In this document: positions 49,278-58,821 of the stretch, in pieces
How the letters are laid out: every line of letters starts with the position of its first letter
How positions within the stretch are numbered: the stretch's first letter is position 1
DNA from: an uncultured bacterium
GTDB taxonomy: Bacteria; Methylomirabilota; Methylomirabilia; Methylomirabilales; CSP1-5
DNA length: 64,000 nt
Direction of reading: 5' to 3'
Assembly: GCA_964348275.1 (NCBI GenBank)
Contig: CAYGBT010000004.1
Location: forward strand, 45,449-109,448
The notes under the pieces: generated by a model
What the model was told of the DNA's origin: nothing
Seen by the model: the letters and a program-made list of their open reading frames with translations, nothing else
Database searches by the model: none
Made by a program: the position numbers and the translations under genes

Positions 49278-51323
49278 TTATCCTCGCGAGGATCCCCGGT
49301 CTGCGTCAAGACGGCTTCGTATGTCCCGGACCCGTAGGCGGATATCCCGAAACTTCGGCGCCTCACTGTAAATGGCAATCAGGGCCTCGAGCGCTTGTTT
49401 TGCGTTGCCAAGTGCCTCATAGGCTGTCGCCAGATCGTAAAGGACACCCCACCGCTCATCAGTGCCCCCCTCTGTCGCAGCAAGCCCCTTGAGCAATTCC
49501 TCGACCGACCGCTCAGGCTCACCCTTCGCCAGAAAGCAAAGGCCTAAAAGGCTCGCGCATCGCACCCGATAGGTGGCATCGTTCGCGGCTAGTCGAAATT
49601 GCTCGATGGCCTTATCGTAGAGCTCCAAATCTTTATAGGCGAGTCCCAAATTGTAGCGGGTCTCATAGTCGGTCACTTCCAACTGATTGCGAATCCCTTG
49701 ATCGAGCTGGTGGAGCATTTTCTGCACCTGTGGATCGAGATCCGACGGCACGGGGACCTCTTCCGGGCTAAGCTCCTGGTTCAACTCACCGGCGAGGTCC
49801 ACGAATTCTCCCTGGGCAGCTCCTGCCTCAGCCACGCGAAAAATTGAGGTCTGCTTCACGTCCGCTGAAGGAATTTCCTCCTTCCCTGATGCTTCCTCCA
49901 ACCGCTCAATTATTGCCAAGTGCTGCTTGGCCAGCGGATGCTCTGGATCCTGCTGGAGAATCCCATGCAAGATGGCTCGGGCCTCTTGTATCATCCCTTG
50001 TTGCAGAAAAAACCTCGCCTCCTGCAGCTGCTCTTCCAGCGCTTGTGGCCCGGCGAGTTCCACCCGCTCTGATGGCTGCTCCGTTTGCATAGCCATCTCC
50101 TCAGATCCTTCCACGGGATCTAATTCGATGACTGCCGGCTCCGTTTCCTCACCAGCTTGGGCCTCCTCGGCAAAGGAGATATACCTCCGCTCCATCATCT
50201 CCTCCGCGGCCCTCAGCCGTTCGGTCTCTTCGTCAGCCCGTTTTGAGGGGAGGTGCTTGAGGTCTTTGTCATCAAGGGATACCGCCCCTTCGGGCTCTGC
50301 ATCAAACCATCCTCCGAGTTCTTCGTGCAGTTCCAAGGTCGGTGAATCTTGTTCCATAGCTGATGACGCTGGCTCAAAAGCTGGTGTCTTTGCCTCAGAA
50401 GCCGGAGAGATTGTTTCGAGCGCGGGGGACGTTTCCTCGAGGACCGGAGACACTTCCTCGATCGCCGGGGACACTTCTTCGAGGGCCGGGGATAGTTCCT
50501 CAACGGCAGGGGAAATTTCCTCCAGGGTCAGTGTGGAATTTTGTTCCACAGAAGGTCCTGAGAAAATCTCAACGGGGGAAGCCTGCTCCGCGATTTTTCC
50601 TCCCGGATCCGCCTGTTCTCCCTCCCCAGGGAACGCCGCCGCCAGTACCTCGTCGCCCCTCGCCTCTGCCTCAGCGGGGTCGAGGAATCGGAGCGCATCT
50701 GCGAAGCTTGCCGCTTCGGCCGCCCGACCTTGGGACTGCAAAGCCGCCACCGCCCCTTCGTAAATCTGCCGCGCCGCCTCGGCCTGCCCTTCCATCACAA
50801 GGCGCTCTCCCAGGGCATTGAGCTTGGCTAACGACTCACCGACCCTTTCGGGCCTTACCAGGATCCCCACGACCTTGGACAAGGTCGGGCGATGTCCTGG
50901 GTCCATTAGGATAATTTTTTCATATATTTCTAGCGTCCGGGACACATCCCCCTTCTTGAGGTAAGTATCGGCAAGTCCATGGAACTGAAGCTTCGCTTCC
51001 GCAACCAGGCCTTGGTCGGCGTACAACTCGGCGCAAGCGAGCGAGGCGTCCGCATTCGATAGATCGAGCCTGAGCACCTTCTTGTAAACCGCAATAGCCC
51101 GCTCATAAAAGCCATCCGCCCGGTAGACGTCTGCGAGGCGCATGAAGTACGCGATAGCCTCCGACCTATTCCCGATCCGGGCGCAGAGGTCCCCAAGGGC
51201 GTTCAGCACATTACAGTTACTCGGATCGGCCCCCAGGATCGCCTGATATTCAGCGATAGCCCGATCGAGTTTTCCCTGTTGGACGTAGTTTAAGGCAGTT
51301 TGTAGCTGCTTTCGCTTCGCCAT
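49278..51323 (-). CDS. TPR-repeat protein with central acidic heptapeptide-repeat linker
   Basis: 681 aa. TPR-like helices at both ends, with an acidic Glu/Ser/Pro-rich middle. Confidence 0.75.
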   Translation of the reverse strand: MAKRKQLQTALNYVQQGKLDRAIAEYQAILGADPSNCNVLNALGDLCARIGNRSEAIAYFMRLADVYRADGFYERAIAVYKKVLRLDLSNADASLACAELYADQGLVAEAKLQFHGLADTYLKKGDVSRTLEIYEKIILMDPGHRPTLSKVVGILVRPERVGESLAKLNALGERLVMEGQAEAARQIYEGAVAALQSQGRAAEAASFADALRFLDPAEAEARGDEVLAAAFPGEGEQADPGGKIAEQASPVEIFSGPSVEQNSTLTLEEISPAVEELSPALEEVSPAIEEVSPVLEETSPALETISPASEAKTPAFEPASSAMEQDSPTLELHEELGGWFDAEPEGAVSLDDKDLKHLPSKRADEETERLRAAEEMMERRYISFAEEAQAGEETEPAVIELDPVEGSEEMAMQTEQPSERVELAGPQALEEQLQEARFFLQQGMIQEARAILHGILQQDPEHPLAKQHLAIIERLEEASGKEEIPSADVKQTSIFRVAEAGAAQGEFVDLAGELNQELSPEEVPVPSDLDPQVQKMLHQLDQGIRNQLEVTDYETRYNLGLAYKDLELYDKAIEQFRLAANDATYRVRCASLLGLCFLAKGEPERSVEELLKGLAATEGGTDERWGVLYDLATAYEALGNAKQALEALIAIYSEAPKFRDIRLRVRDIRSRLDADRGSSRG
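50334..50522 (-). repeat. 9 x 21-nt in-frame tandem repeat (heptapeptide EExSPAx)
   Basis: EEISPAV EELSPAL EEVSPAI EEVSPVL EETSPAL ETISPAS EAKTPAF EPASSAM EQDSPTL, read from the minus strand. Confidence 0.85.
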
Positions 51324-51466
51324 GCTGATGCAAATTCTCCGCTCGGCGGCTCTAACCTCCAGAGATTATACGCCTAACCGCGTTAGGTTATCAGGGATCC
51401 GCTCCCACTGTCAAGGTACAACTCCGTTGGCAGCCACCCTCGGAGGACTCTTGGGAGAGCTTTGTC

Positions 51467-52285
51467 TTATCGGCGAAGGGTCCATTCGTTCGTTCCATAT
51501 CGCGCTCTTACCATTTCGCCGACCATCGCCCACTCTCGCGCGGTGAGGGATCCCGCCTCGAAGGAAACATTCCCGCCTTCCTCAAACCCTGTACGGACGG
51601 CCTGAACCACGTCCTCCCAAGAGGGGGCCTGGCCCAGGATGGACTTGAGAGCAGTCGCGCGTGCTTCGAGCCCCCTCGCTTGGGGGAAAAGGGTGATCCA
51701 GGTGGGGTAATCGATATCGATCAGGAGAGATCCATGCTGCAGCAGCGCGCGGTTAAACCGCCGTTGCGCCGATCCGATTAGCTTCCGTCCATTGACACTC
51801 AGCTCGTACCGCGAAGGTGAGCTAAAACAAACACCGGTGGCCTCGCCCCTGGCATGATCTCCGCGGCTCAAGGTCGCCACCACCCCCAACTTCCTCAAAG
51901 CCAGGAGGAGGCAATGGCTAATCCATTGGTAGTCTTGGAGGACACTCCGGCTCCCGAGCGGAATGGGAATGGCAACGCTATAGGTGAGCTCGTGGTGGTG
52001 GAGAAGGGCCCGGCCTCCCGTGGGCCGCCGTACCACGGGGATCCCCCGCTGACGGCAGGTAGTTAGGTCCACCTCTCCCTGGCTGGACTGGTTGTAACCC
52101 AGGGAGACGGTGGGGAGGCTCCAGCCGTATACACGGAGGCTTGGGGGACTCGAGCCTCGGGAGCAACCGAGCGCCATGACCTCATCGATGGCCATGTTGG
52201 TCGGGCCATCATGGGGCTCGTCCAGAATAAGGCGCCAGCGGTTTTGATGTGTTCCTCTCTGCGGAATGGACGGGACTGCGGACAT
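51467..52285 (-). CDS. Lipoate-protein ligase / octanoyltransferase family protein (BPL_LplA_LipB domain)
   Basis: ...GPTNMAIDEV...RRPTGGRALLHHHELTYSV...RKLIGSAQRR...LQHGSLL... Start moved to ATG 52285, just after the rapZ stop. Confidence 0.75.
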   Translation of the reverse strand: MSAVPSIPQRGTHQNRWRLILDEPHDGPTNMAIDEVMALGCSRGSSPPSLRVYGWSLPTVSLGYNQSSQGEVDLTTCRQRGIPVVRRPTGGRALLHHHELTYSVAIPIPLGSRSVLQDYQWISHCLLLALRKLGVVATLSRGDHARGEATGVCFSSPSRYELSVNGRKLIGSAQRRFNRALLQHGSLLIDIDYPTWITLFPQARGLEARATALKSILGQAPSWEDVVQAVRTGFEEGGNVSFEAGSLTAREWAMVGEMVRARYGTNEWTLRR

Positions 52286-52289
52286 CGAT

Positions 52290-53147
52290 TTACTCTTTAT
52301 CGATGTCTCGATGCCGAATCCCCACTTCCCGGTTCTCAGCCTGAAACTGGCCGACCAGATACTCCGCAGCCGCCACCGACCGGTGCCGCCCACCCGTACA
52401 GCCGAGGGCAATAGTGAGATAAGCTCGTCCCTCTTCAACGTAAAAGGGAAAAGCAAATCGAAGAAATCCCCAGAGCTGCTCTAGATAAGATCCGGCCCGG
52501 GGATCGTCCAGAAGAAACTTCGCAACCTCCGGATCTTGCCCAGTAAGTGGCCGCAATTCTTCCTGAAAATGAGGATTGGGGAGACATCGGAGATCGATGA
52601 CCAGATCGGCATCGGGAGGTAGACCGTGCCGGTACCCAAAAGAAACAATAGTAATTGTCGTTTTGCTCCCCGGTCGGTGATCGTGAAAAGCGCTCAGTAA
52701 CAGCCTTCGAAGGTCATGAACAGTCAGGTCACTTGTATCGAGAACCATGTCCGCCTCGCTCTTGAGCTGTGCCATCCGCTTTCGCTCAAGGCTGATCCCC
52801 TGGAGAATCGAGCCCTGCGCAGCAAGCGGATGGGGCCGACGGCTCTCGCTGAAGCGCCTGAGCAAGACCTGATCTTCCGCCTCCAGAAAAATCACACGGA
52901 CGACGTGTCCACGCTGCCTCAGGGTTGCCAAGACCTCTTCAAGGGGGCCGAGAAACTCTCCCTCCCGAACGTCGATGACGAAGGCGACTCGTTCAATGCG
53001 CGGTTCCGAATGGGCACAGAGATCCGCGACGGTGGGAATCAGGGAAGCCGGGAGATTGTCAACGCAAAATACGCCAAGGTCTTCCAGGGTCTTGATCGCC
53101 TGGCTCTTACCAGCCCCCGACATCCCCGTAACAATGATGAACTCCAT
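52290..53147 (-). CDS. rapZ: RNase adapter protein RapZ (P-loop ATPase YvcJ family)
   Basis: MEFIIVTGMSGAGKSQAIKTLEDLG..CVDNLP... ...CTGGRHRSV... Confidence 0.92.
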   Translation of the reverse strand: MEFIIVTGMSGAGKSQAIKTLEDLGVFCVDNLPASLIPTVADLCAHSEPRIERVAFVIDVREGEFLGPLEEVLATLRQRGHVVRVIFLEAEDQVLLRRFSESRRPHPLAAQGSILQGISLERKRMAQLKSEADMVLDTSDLTVHDLRRLLLSAFHDHRPGSKTTITIVSFGYRHGLPPDADLVIDLRCLPNPHFQEELRPLTGQDPEVAKFLLDDPRAGSYLEQLWGFLRFAFPFYVEEGRAYLTIALGCTGGRHRSVAAAEYLVGQFQAENREVGIRHRDIDKE

Positions 53148-53150
53148 AGC

Positions 53151-53225
53151 TTCACGGATGACGGTTCACAGTCCACAGACACGAGGGAACCGAGACGAAC
53201 GGGAATCGTCAACAGTGAACGATAA
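53151..53225. repeat. Heptamer-array hairpin element H7 (hpf/rapZ junction)
   Basis: CTTCACG GATGACG GTTCACA GTCCACA ... CGTCAAC AGTGAAC GAT. Imperfect inverted arrays. The left arm abuts the rapZ ATG with no SD. Confidence 0.6.
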
Positions 53226-53239
53226 ACCGTAAAGGGTGT

Positions 53240-53758
53240 TCAGGTCTCGGGCTCGATCAGACCATAGTTGCCCTCGTGGCGACGGTACACCACATTGACA
53301 TCATCGGTCTGGGCGTTCCGGAACACATAAAAGGTGTGGCCCAACAAATCCATTTGTAGGATCGCCTCATCGGGGGACATCGGCTTGATGGCAAAGCGCT
53401 TGCTCTTTACCACCCGGGATTTTTCACCTTCCAGAGATGCCATCGGCGGCTGAGACCTCCCGCTCCGACTGGCATGGCCTAAAATCTTCCCTTTGTATCT
53501 ATGCAGCTGGCGCTCGAGCTTCTCTACGACTAAGTCGATAGAGGAATATAAATCTTCAGTGCTCTCTTCACCACGGATCGTAAGGTCTCTCACTCGGAGG
53601 GTCACTTCGGCGATTTGACGATATTTTTGCAACGAGAGCACGATGTGAGCCGACGTGATCTTTTCCAGGTACTTCTGAAGCCTTCCCACCTTCTCTTCCG
53701 CATAACGCCGGAGGGCGTCGGTGATCTCGAGATTGCGTCCGGTGAGATAGATCTGCAT
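53240..53758 (-). CDS. hpf: Ribosome hibernation promoting factor (long HPF)
   Basis: MQIYLTGRNLEITDALRRYAEEKV... plus a C-terminal dimerisation domain. Start moved to ATG 53758 (GAGGAGG upstream). Confidence 0.9.
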   Translation of the reverse strand: MQIYLTGRNLEITDALRRYAEEKVGRLQKYLEKITSAHIVLSLQKYRQIAEVTLRVRDLTIRGEESTEDLYSSIDLVVEKLERQLHRYKGKILGHASRSGRSQPPMASLEGEKSRVVKSKRFAIKPMSPDEAILQMDLLGHTFYVFRNAQTDDVNVVYRRHEGNYGLIEPET

Positions 53759-53804
53759 GTGGAACCTCCTCAGGGAAAGGGACGTAGACGGAACCGGAGG
53801 GAAT

Positions 53805-53912
53805 CTAGTGCCGTTCCAACCTGATAAGCCCAATGAGACCTGTGCGTCTTGTTACAACAGGCACGAAAGCGTCCAGTGAGAAAATTGGCACAAGTCGTTG
53901 GAACGGCATTAG
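53805..53912. mobile_element. 108-bp MITE-like element, copy E2
   Basis: CTAGTGCCGTTCCAAC ...76 nt... GTTGGAACGGCATTAG; the termini are 15/16 complementary. Flanked by TA/TA if the termini are taken as GTGCC.../...GGCAT. The right terminus contains the rpoN stop codon. Opposite orientation to E1. Confidence 0.7.
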
Positions 53913-55312
53913 TATCTCCGGCGCCGGCTAGAGGAGGGAATCTTGAGCTGTCCCCGATACTTGGCCACGGTTCGGCGGGCGATCTCAATTCCTTGTTGTC
54001 TCAAGATTTCGACGACCTTTTGATCTGAAAGGGGCTTGCCTGTGTCTTCACCGGTGAGGAGCTTTCGGACCAACTCTTTAACCGTGAGGGAAGAAACCGC
54101 CTCACCATCCACCGCCTGAACCCCACGATGGAAAAAATACTTGAGTTCAAAGAGACCCTCGGGCGTATGTACGTACTTGTTGGTGGTGACCCGACTCACG
54201 GTGGACTCATGCATATTGATATCTTCAGCCACCTCCTTGAGGGTCAGCGGCCGCATATGGGTGATTCCCTTATCCAAGAACTCCCGTTGGAACTTCACAA
54301 TCGATTCAGTCACCTTGAACAGAGTGCGTTGCCGCTGCTCGATGGAGCGAATGAGCCACAGTGCAGATCGCATCTTCCCCTCGACGTATTCCCGCGTCTC
54401 CTTGGAACTCGATCGCCCCTTACTTAAGAGCCCCCGGTAGTACGAGCTGATCCGGAGGCGAGGGAGCCCATCTTCGTTGAGGACGACCACGAAGCGATCA
54501 TCGATCTTCAAGATATACACGTCGGGAGTGATATAGCGGGGTTCTTCGGTACTGAACGTGCGGCCCGGCTTTGGTTCTAAGGAACAGATAAGGAGAACCG
54601 CATCTTGAATGGCCTTGATAGGGACTTTCAGTTTATCCGCAATCCGTGTGAGATAGCGCCCTTCGAGGTCCACGAGGTGGTCAGCAACAAGTGTGCGCGC
54701 CAGGGCAATCTCTGACCCGTCCTTGATGCTATCGAGCTGAAGGAGAAGACACTCCCGGAGGTCTCGTGCAGCCACCCCGACAGGATCAAAGCTCTGGACG
54801 AGTCCAAGAGCGTGCTCGATTACATCAAGTTCCGTCGAGGTCTCTCCCCTCAGGTCTTCCAGGGGAACGTTCAGATATCCATTTTCATCGAGATTCCCAA
54901 TGATCTCGGTGGCCCAACGAATAACAATGGGATCCGAGGTGGAGAGGTGAAGCTGAAAGAGGAGATGGTCCGACAGCGAGCGTGGTCTGGTCAGGCGTTC
55001 CTCGGGGGACCAGGTTTCGACTTCCTCCCGCGGAAACTCCCGGCGATAGTCCGAGGCATCCTGCAGATAGCTCTCCCAGTCAAAGTCTGAGAGACGGTCA
55101 TCGGCCTGTTCCCCCTCTTCCTCACCCGACGTCTCTGTGGAAAGTCGCGGCTCTTCCATAACCTCTTCGTCCAGGACGGGATTTTCCTCCAACTCCTGCC
55201 GCACCGCCTGGATCAGCTCCAACCGCGACAGCTGCAACAGACCGATAGCCTGCTGCAACGATTGGGTCATGATCATTCGCTGGGTCTGGCGAAGGCTGAG
55301 GCGTAGTTCCAT
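53909..55312 (-). CDS. rpoN: RNA polymerase sigma-54 factor
   Basis: 467 aa. N-terminal Gln/Leu-rich region I, an acidic region, and a C-terminal HTH plus RpoN box (ARRTVAKYR). Confidence 0.94.
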   Translation of the reverse strand: MELRLSLRQTQRMIMTQSLQQAIGLLQLSRLELIQAVRQELEENPVLDEEVMEEPRLSTETSGEEEGEQADDRLSDFDWESYLQDASDYRREFPREEVETWSPEERLTRPRSLSDHLLFQLHLSTSDPIVIRWATEIIGNLDENGYLNVPLEDLRGETSTELDVIEHALGLVQSFDPVGVAARDLRECLLLQLDSIKDGSEIALARTLVADHLVDLEGRYLTRIADKLKVPIKAIQDAVLLICSLEPKPGRTFSTEEPRYITPDVYILKIDDRFVVVLNEDGLPRLRISSYYRGLLSKGRSSSKETREYVEGKMRSALWLIRSIEQRQRTLFKVTESIVKFQREFLDKGITHMRPLTLKEVAEDINMHESTVSRVTTNKYVHTPEGLFELKYFFHRGVQAVDGEAVSSLTVKELVRKLLTGEDTGKPLSDQKVVEILRQQGIEIARRTVAKYRGQLKIPSSSRRRRY

Positions 55313-55417
55313 GGCTCTAATTGATCAGCTCACGGTTGGCAGCTCCCGCACAACCGATCACTCAAGGGTATTTTCGCTGGCCCCTCTCGTGATAGTCCCC
55401 CCTCACAAGTTAAGCGT

Positions 55418-56182
55418 CTACAAGGTAAACCGCTCCCCGAGATAGATTTCTCGGGCTTTCTGGTCCGCGGCCAGCTCAGATGCGGTTCCGGACATTAGCA
55501 CCTCTCCATTATGCAAGATATAGGCCCGATCCACAATTTGCAAGGTCTCGCGTACGTTGTGATCGGTAATGAGGAGGCCGATTCTCCTTCTCTTGAGCTG
55601 CATCATCATCGTCTGGATATCGTACACGGCGATAGGATCGATCCCTGCAAATGGCTCATCCAACAGAATAAATGCAGGGGACGTCGCAAGAGCGCGTGCG
55701 ATCTCAGTCCGCCGACGTTCCCCCCCGGACAGGCTGAAGGCCGCTGCCTCGGACAAGTGGCTGATATTCAGGTCGTGAAGGAGCTCGTCCAATCGCTTCA
55801 TCCGTTCCGTCCCACTCAGGGGAAGAGTCTCGAGAACGGCCATCAGATTTTCCCTAACCGTCAGCCGCCGGAAAACCGACGCTTCCTGGGGTAGAAATCC
55901 CAATCCTCGCCTCGCCCGCTGGTAGACAGGGAGAGCCGTAATCTCCTCGCCGTTTAAGAAGACGCGCCCACCGTCTGGCCGGACAAGGCCAAGAATCATA
56001 TAGAAGGTGGTGGTCTTTCCCGCACCGTTTGGCCCCAGGAGCCCGACCACCTCTCCTGGTTGTATGGCTACACTCACCCCGGAAACGACCTTTCTTCCCT
56101 GAAATGCCCTAACCAATTCCTCGGCTCGAAGACCATCATCCGGGATGTCGTATGCTGCCCTGATGCTAGGCTCCTGACTCAC
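55418..56182 (-). CDS. lptB: LPS export ABC transporter ATP-binding protein
   Basis: GPNGAGKTT Walker A, LSGGERRR signature, LLDEP Walker B. Located between lptA and rpoN. Confidence 0.92.
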   Translation of the reverse strand: MSQEPSIRAAYDIPDDGLRAEELVRAFQGRKVVSGVSVAIQPGEVVGLLGPNGAGKTTTFYMILGLVRPDGGRVFLNGEEITALPVYQRARRGLGFLPQEASVFRRLTVRENLMAVLETLPLSGTERMKRLDELLHDLNISHLSEAAAFSLSGGERRRTEIARALATSPAFILLDEPFAGIDPIAVYDIQTMMMQLKRRRIGLLITDHNVRETLQIVDRAYILHNGEVLMSGTASELAADQKAREIYLGERFTL

Positions 56183-56192
56183 CAGTTCAGAC

Positions 56193-56705
56193 TCACCTCG
56201 CCTGTTCGGGCCGTCGCTTTGGATGGATCACCGCCGTTACCCGCTCGCTTCCATCCCCTTCGACGACCTGACGGTCTTCCTTAATGAACAAGACTATCCG
56301 GGTCCCGCTCACCATGCTTTTGCGGCGCCACGCCTTGGGATGGCCCTCCAAGACCAACTCTTCCTGGGGGATATAATACGTTGCCCGTTCGGCCACCGCC
56401 TTAGACCCGTCGCTCCACGAAATATGGACTTCGCCAATTGCCACCATGCGTTCGACCTCTTCCATTTTCTCGTCAAAGTCTAATTCCATCCGATGAGCCG
56501 TGACCGTCAGATCGTTTGTGCTGACTACCACCTTACCAGTGTAGATCGCCCGGCGATCTTTTCTGTTTACTTCCAGACGGTCGGCGGTAACGGTTGTAGG
56601 CTGCTGTGGTTCCTCGTCTTGTGAGGATGGAGTCTGGGCGGTCACCGCGACCGTCCCGTATAAAACCAACACAACACATGCTGCCCATCTTCCCAACCGG
56701 GTCAT
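56193..56705 (-). CDS. lptA: LPS transport periplasmic protein LptA (OstA-like)
   Basis: Signal peptide plus an OstA_N-like beta-jellyroll (…ITADRLEV…GKVVV…); synteny. Confidence 0.8.
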   Translation of the reverse strand: MTRLGRWAACVVLVLYGTVAVTAQTPSSQDEEPQQPTTVTADRLEVNRKDRRAIYTGKVVVSTNDLTVTAHRMELDFDEKMEEVERMVAIGEVHISWSDGSKAVAERATYYIPQEELVLEGHPKAWRRKSMVSGTRIVLFIKEDRQVVEGDGSERVTAVIHPKRRPEQAR

Positions 56706-57286
56706 TGGTGCTGCTCCTGCTTTCTGGACAGCGTGACCTGAGAGGCAATCCGTTCGTGGATGGTCATTTGTTCCAGGACGGCGTCCGCCACCATCCCCTT
56801 GCCTTTGATTCGAAACCCCTCCTTCTCAATGACGACCGCGGCTTTAGTGCTGATTTTTTGGCTCCTCGTCGACCAGTTAAGGCGCTCGGTGAAAACCCTT
56901 GTCCCCTGGCTGGATTCTGACCGGACGTGGCCAATGAGCTGGAGATCTTTGGTTTCCAAGTCAACAACGGCCCTTTCGGCCAGCGCAGTTAACGTTTCCT
57001 CACCATTATAAATGACGATGCGGACAGGGTGCGTCACACGCCTGAAGACGGCTATGCCTCGATCCTCAAACACCTCCACCTTGTCTGCCTCAACGTCCCA
57101 CAGCTTCTCTCCCTTGCGCGTCTCTGTGATCCGAACCTGCTCGATGGCTGCATCAGGCCGTAGAGCAGGCGAACGGGGCGTGACCGGGGTGTGCTGCCGT
57201 TCCGCCGCCATCGGGACGCGCGAATCCAACAGGTTCGCCGAGGCTACCACGACAGTGACCATCAGCATGCACACAGAGAATCGCAT
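56702..57286 (-). CDS. lptC: LPS export system protein LptC
   Basis: N-terminal membrane anchor and LptC-like fold; synteny with lptA/lptB; ATGA-type overlap. Confidence 0.7.
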   Translation of the reverse strand: MRFSVCMLMVTVVVASANLLDSRVPMAAERQHTPVTPRSPALRPDAAIEQVRITETRKGEKLWDVEADKVEVFEDRGIAVFRRVTHPVRIVIYNGEETLTALAERAVVDLETKDLQLIGHVRSESSQGTRVFTERLNWSTRSQKISTKAAVVIEKEGFRIKGKGMVADAVLEQMTIHERIASQVTLSRKQEQHQ

Positions 57287-57394
57287 TGTGGCTCTTGCTT
57301 ACCATAGGCAGGGGGGCGAAGTAAAGGGGAAAGCCGGGGCACGCCCAGTCCGCAAACGCTTGCGGGTTGGCCACGAAAGGGAAAGAAGGAGGAA

Positions 57395-58615
57395 TCAGGC
57401 AAAGGCACTTAGGCCAGTGATGTCGCGGCCTAAAATGAGGGTATGAATATCGTGGGTCCCCTCATAGGTGTAGAGGCTCTCTAGGTTCAGCATGTGACGG
57501 ATCACCGGGTACTCGTCTACAATACCAGCAGCCCCTAATATCTCCCGGGCCAATCGGGCAATGTCCCTGGCCTTCTCCACATTGTTCATCTTGGCCAGGG
57601 AGATCTGGGTATGCGGGACTGGTCCTGCCTGCTTGAGTTGACCCAACCGGAAACAAAGAAGCTGAGCCTTCGTAATTTCAGTGAGCATAGAAACCAGCTT
57701 CTGTTGCACGAGTTGAAACCCGGCAATGGGGCGGTCAAATTGAATCCTGGTCTTGGCATACTTGAGGGCAACATCGTAGCAGGCCAGCGCGGCACCCACG
57801 GCTCCCCAGGCGATACCGTACCTCGCCTGGCTCAGGCACTTCAGGGCTGCCTTCAATCCCTCCTCGGTCCCCGGCAGGAGATTTTCTCCAGGGATACGGC
57901 AATCTTGGAAGATGAGCTCAGAGGTGATGGAGGCCCGCAGAGAGAATTTCCCGTGGATCTCTCTCGTGGTAAACCCCGGCATCCCCCTCTCCACCAATAG
58001 GCCCCGAATCCCTTCGTCGGTTCGGGCCCAGACCACCGCAACATCCGCAATGGAGCCATTGGTGATCCACAGCTTACTTCCATTCAAAATATAGTGATCG
58101 CCCCGGCGCACGGCCTTGGTCACCATACCGGCAGGATCTGACCCGTGGTCCGGCTCGGTAAGTCCAAAGCATCCGATCTTTTCTCCCTTCGCGAGGCGGG
58201 AAAGCCATTTCCCTTTCTGCTCCTCTGTGCCAAAGGCGTAGATCGGATACATGGCTAACGCTCCCTGGACAGAGGCAAAGCTTCGGAGTCCACTATCTCC
58301 TCGCTCGAGCTCCTGCATGATGAGCCCATATGCCACCTCCGAGACGCCAGGACAGCCATACCCTCGAAGATTAGCCCCGAGTACTCCTATTTCCCCAAGG
58401 CGTGGGATGAGTTCGCCCGGGAAGCTTCCCTCTCGGTGGTGGGTCTCTATGATCGGCAGCACTTCAGCATCGACGAAGGCTCGGACCGTGTCCCTGACCA
58501 ATCGCTCTTCATCTGTATACAGGTCATCAACCCGGTAGTAGTCTAGGCGAACAAACGGCTCCATATCGGTTTCAGGAAAAGAAGGGAGAGGCGTCTCAGG
58601 AGGAGAAGATACCAC
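57395..58615 (-). CDS. gcdH: Glutaryl-CoA dehydrogenase (acyl-CoA dehydrogenase family)
   Basis: Colinear from memory with GCDH: ...GVLG....GYGC.GVS.VAYGL...ELER.DSG.RS..SVQ..L.M.PIY..G.EEQ...L..LAKGE..GCFGLTEP..GSDP...KFSLRAS...ARYGIAWG...NLE...TYEGTHDIH.LILGR.ITG..AF. The start is either GTG 58615 or ATG 58564; neither has a clear SD. Confidence 0.88.
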   Translation of the reverse strand: MVSSPPETPLPSFPETDMEPFVRLDYYRVDDLYTDEERLVRDTVRAFVDAEVLPIIETHHREGSFPGELIPRLGEIGVLGANLRGYGCPGVSEVAYGLIMQELERGDSGLRSFASVQGALAMYPIYAFGTEEQKGKWLSRLAKGEKIGCFGLTEPDHGSDPAGMVTKAVRRGDHYILNGSKLWITNGSIADVAVVWARTDEGIRGLLVERGMPGFTTREIHGKFSLRASITSELIFQDCRIPGENLLPGTEEGLKAALKCLSQARYGIAWGAVGAALACYDVALKYAKTRIQFDRPIAGFQLVQQKLVSMLTEITKAQLLCFRLGQLKQAGPVPHTQISLAKMNNVEKARDIARLAREILGAAGIVDEYPVIRHMLNLESLYTYEGTHDIHTLILGRDITGLSAFA

Positions 58616-58789
58616 AGCCGCTAAGGGAAGACAAGAATAGCCTCCTTCCCTGAGGGAAACAGGTAAGCCTTCGAGCGCGTGATCGTCAGGGTGCCGGCAA
58701 TGCTGGCCCCCTCATTTCACGGTGGATCCGTCCTGGGGATTCTGGATAATTGATCCTCCTTCGACTCAGATCATCGGAATATAATTACA

Positions 58790-58809
58790 GCTGGGGGGAC
58801 ACCCCCAGC
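58790..58809 (-). terminator. GC-rich hairpin, intrinsic-terminator-like, 12 nt after the mini-ORF stop
   Basis: Minus-strand RNA GCUGGGGG-UGUC-CCCCCAGC (8 perfect bp) followed by UGUAAUUAUAUU. This is A/U-rich but not a clean U-tract. Confidence 0.55.
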
Positions 58810-58821
58810 CAGGTACCACCT

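Noticed and set aside
55322-55360. Nested inverted repeats TGATC…CGGTTG-N12-CAACCG-ATCA immediately upstream of the SD-less rpoN start, and CCGCAA-ACGC-TTGCGG (57350-57365) after gcdH
   Set aside because: The stems are short (5-6 bp), lack U-tracts and have no second copy in the window. I could not distinguish them from chance palindromes without folding energies or transcript-end data.
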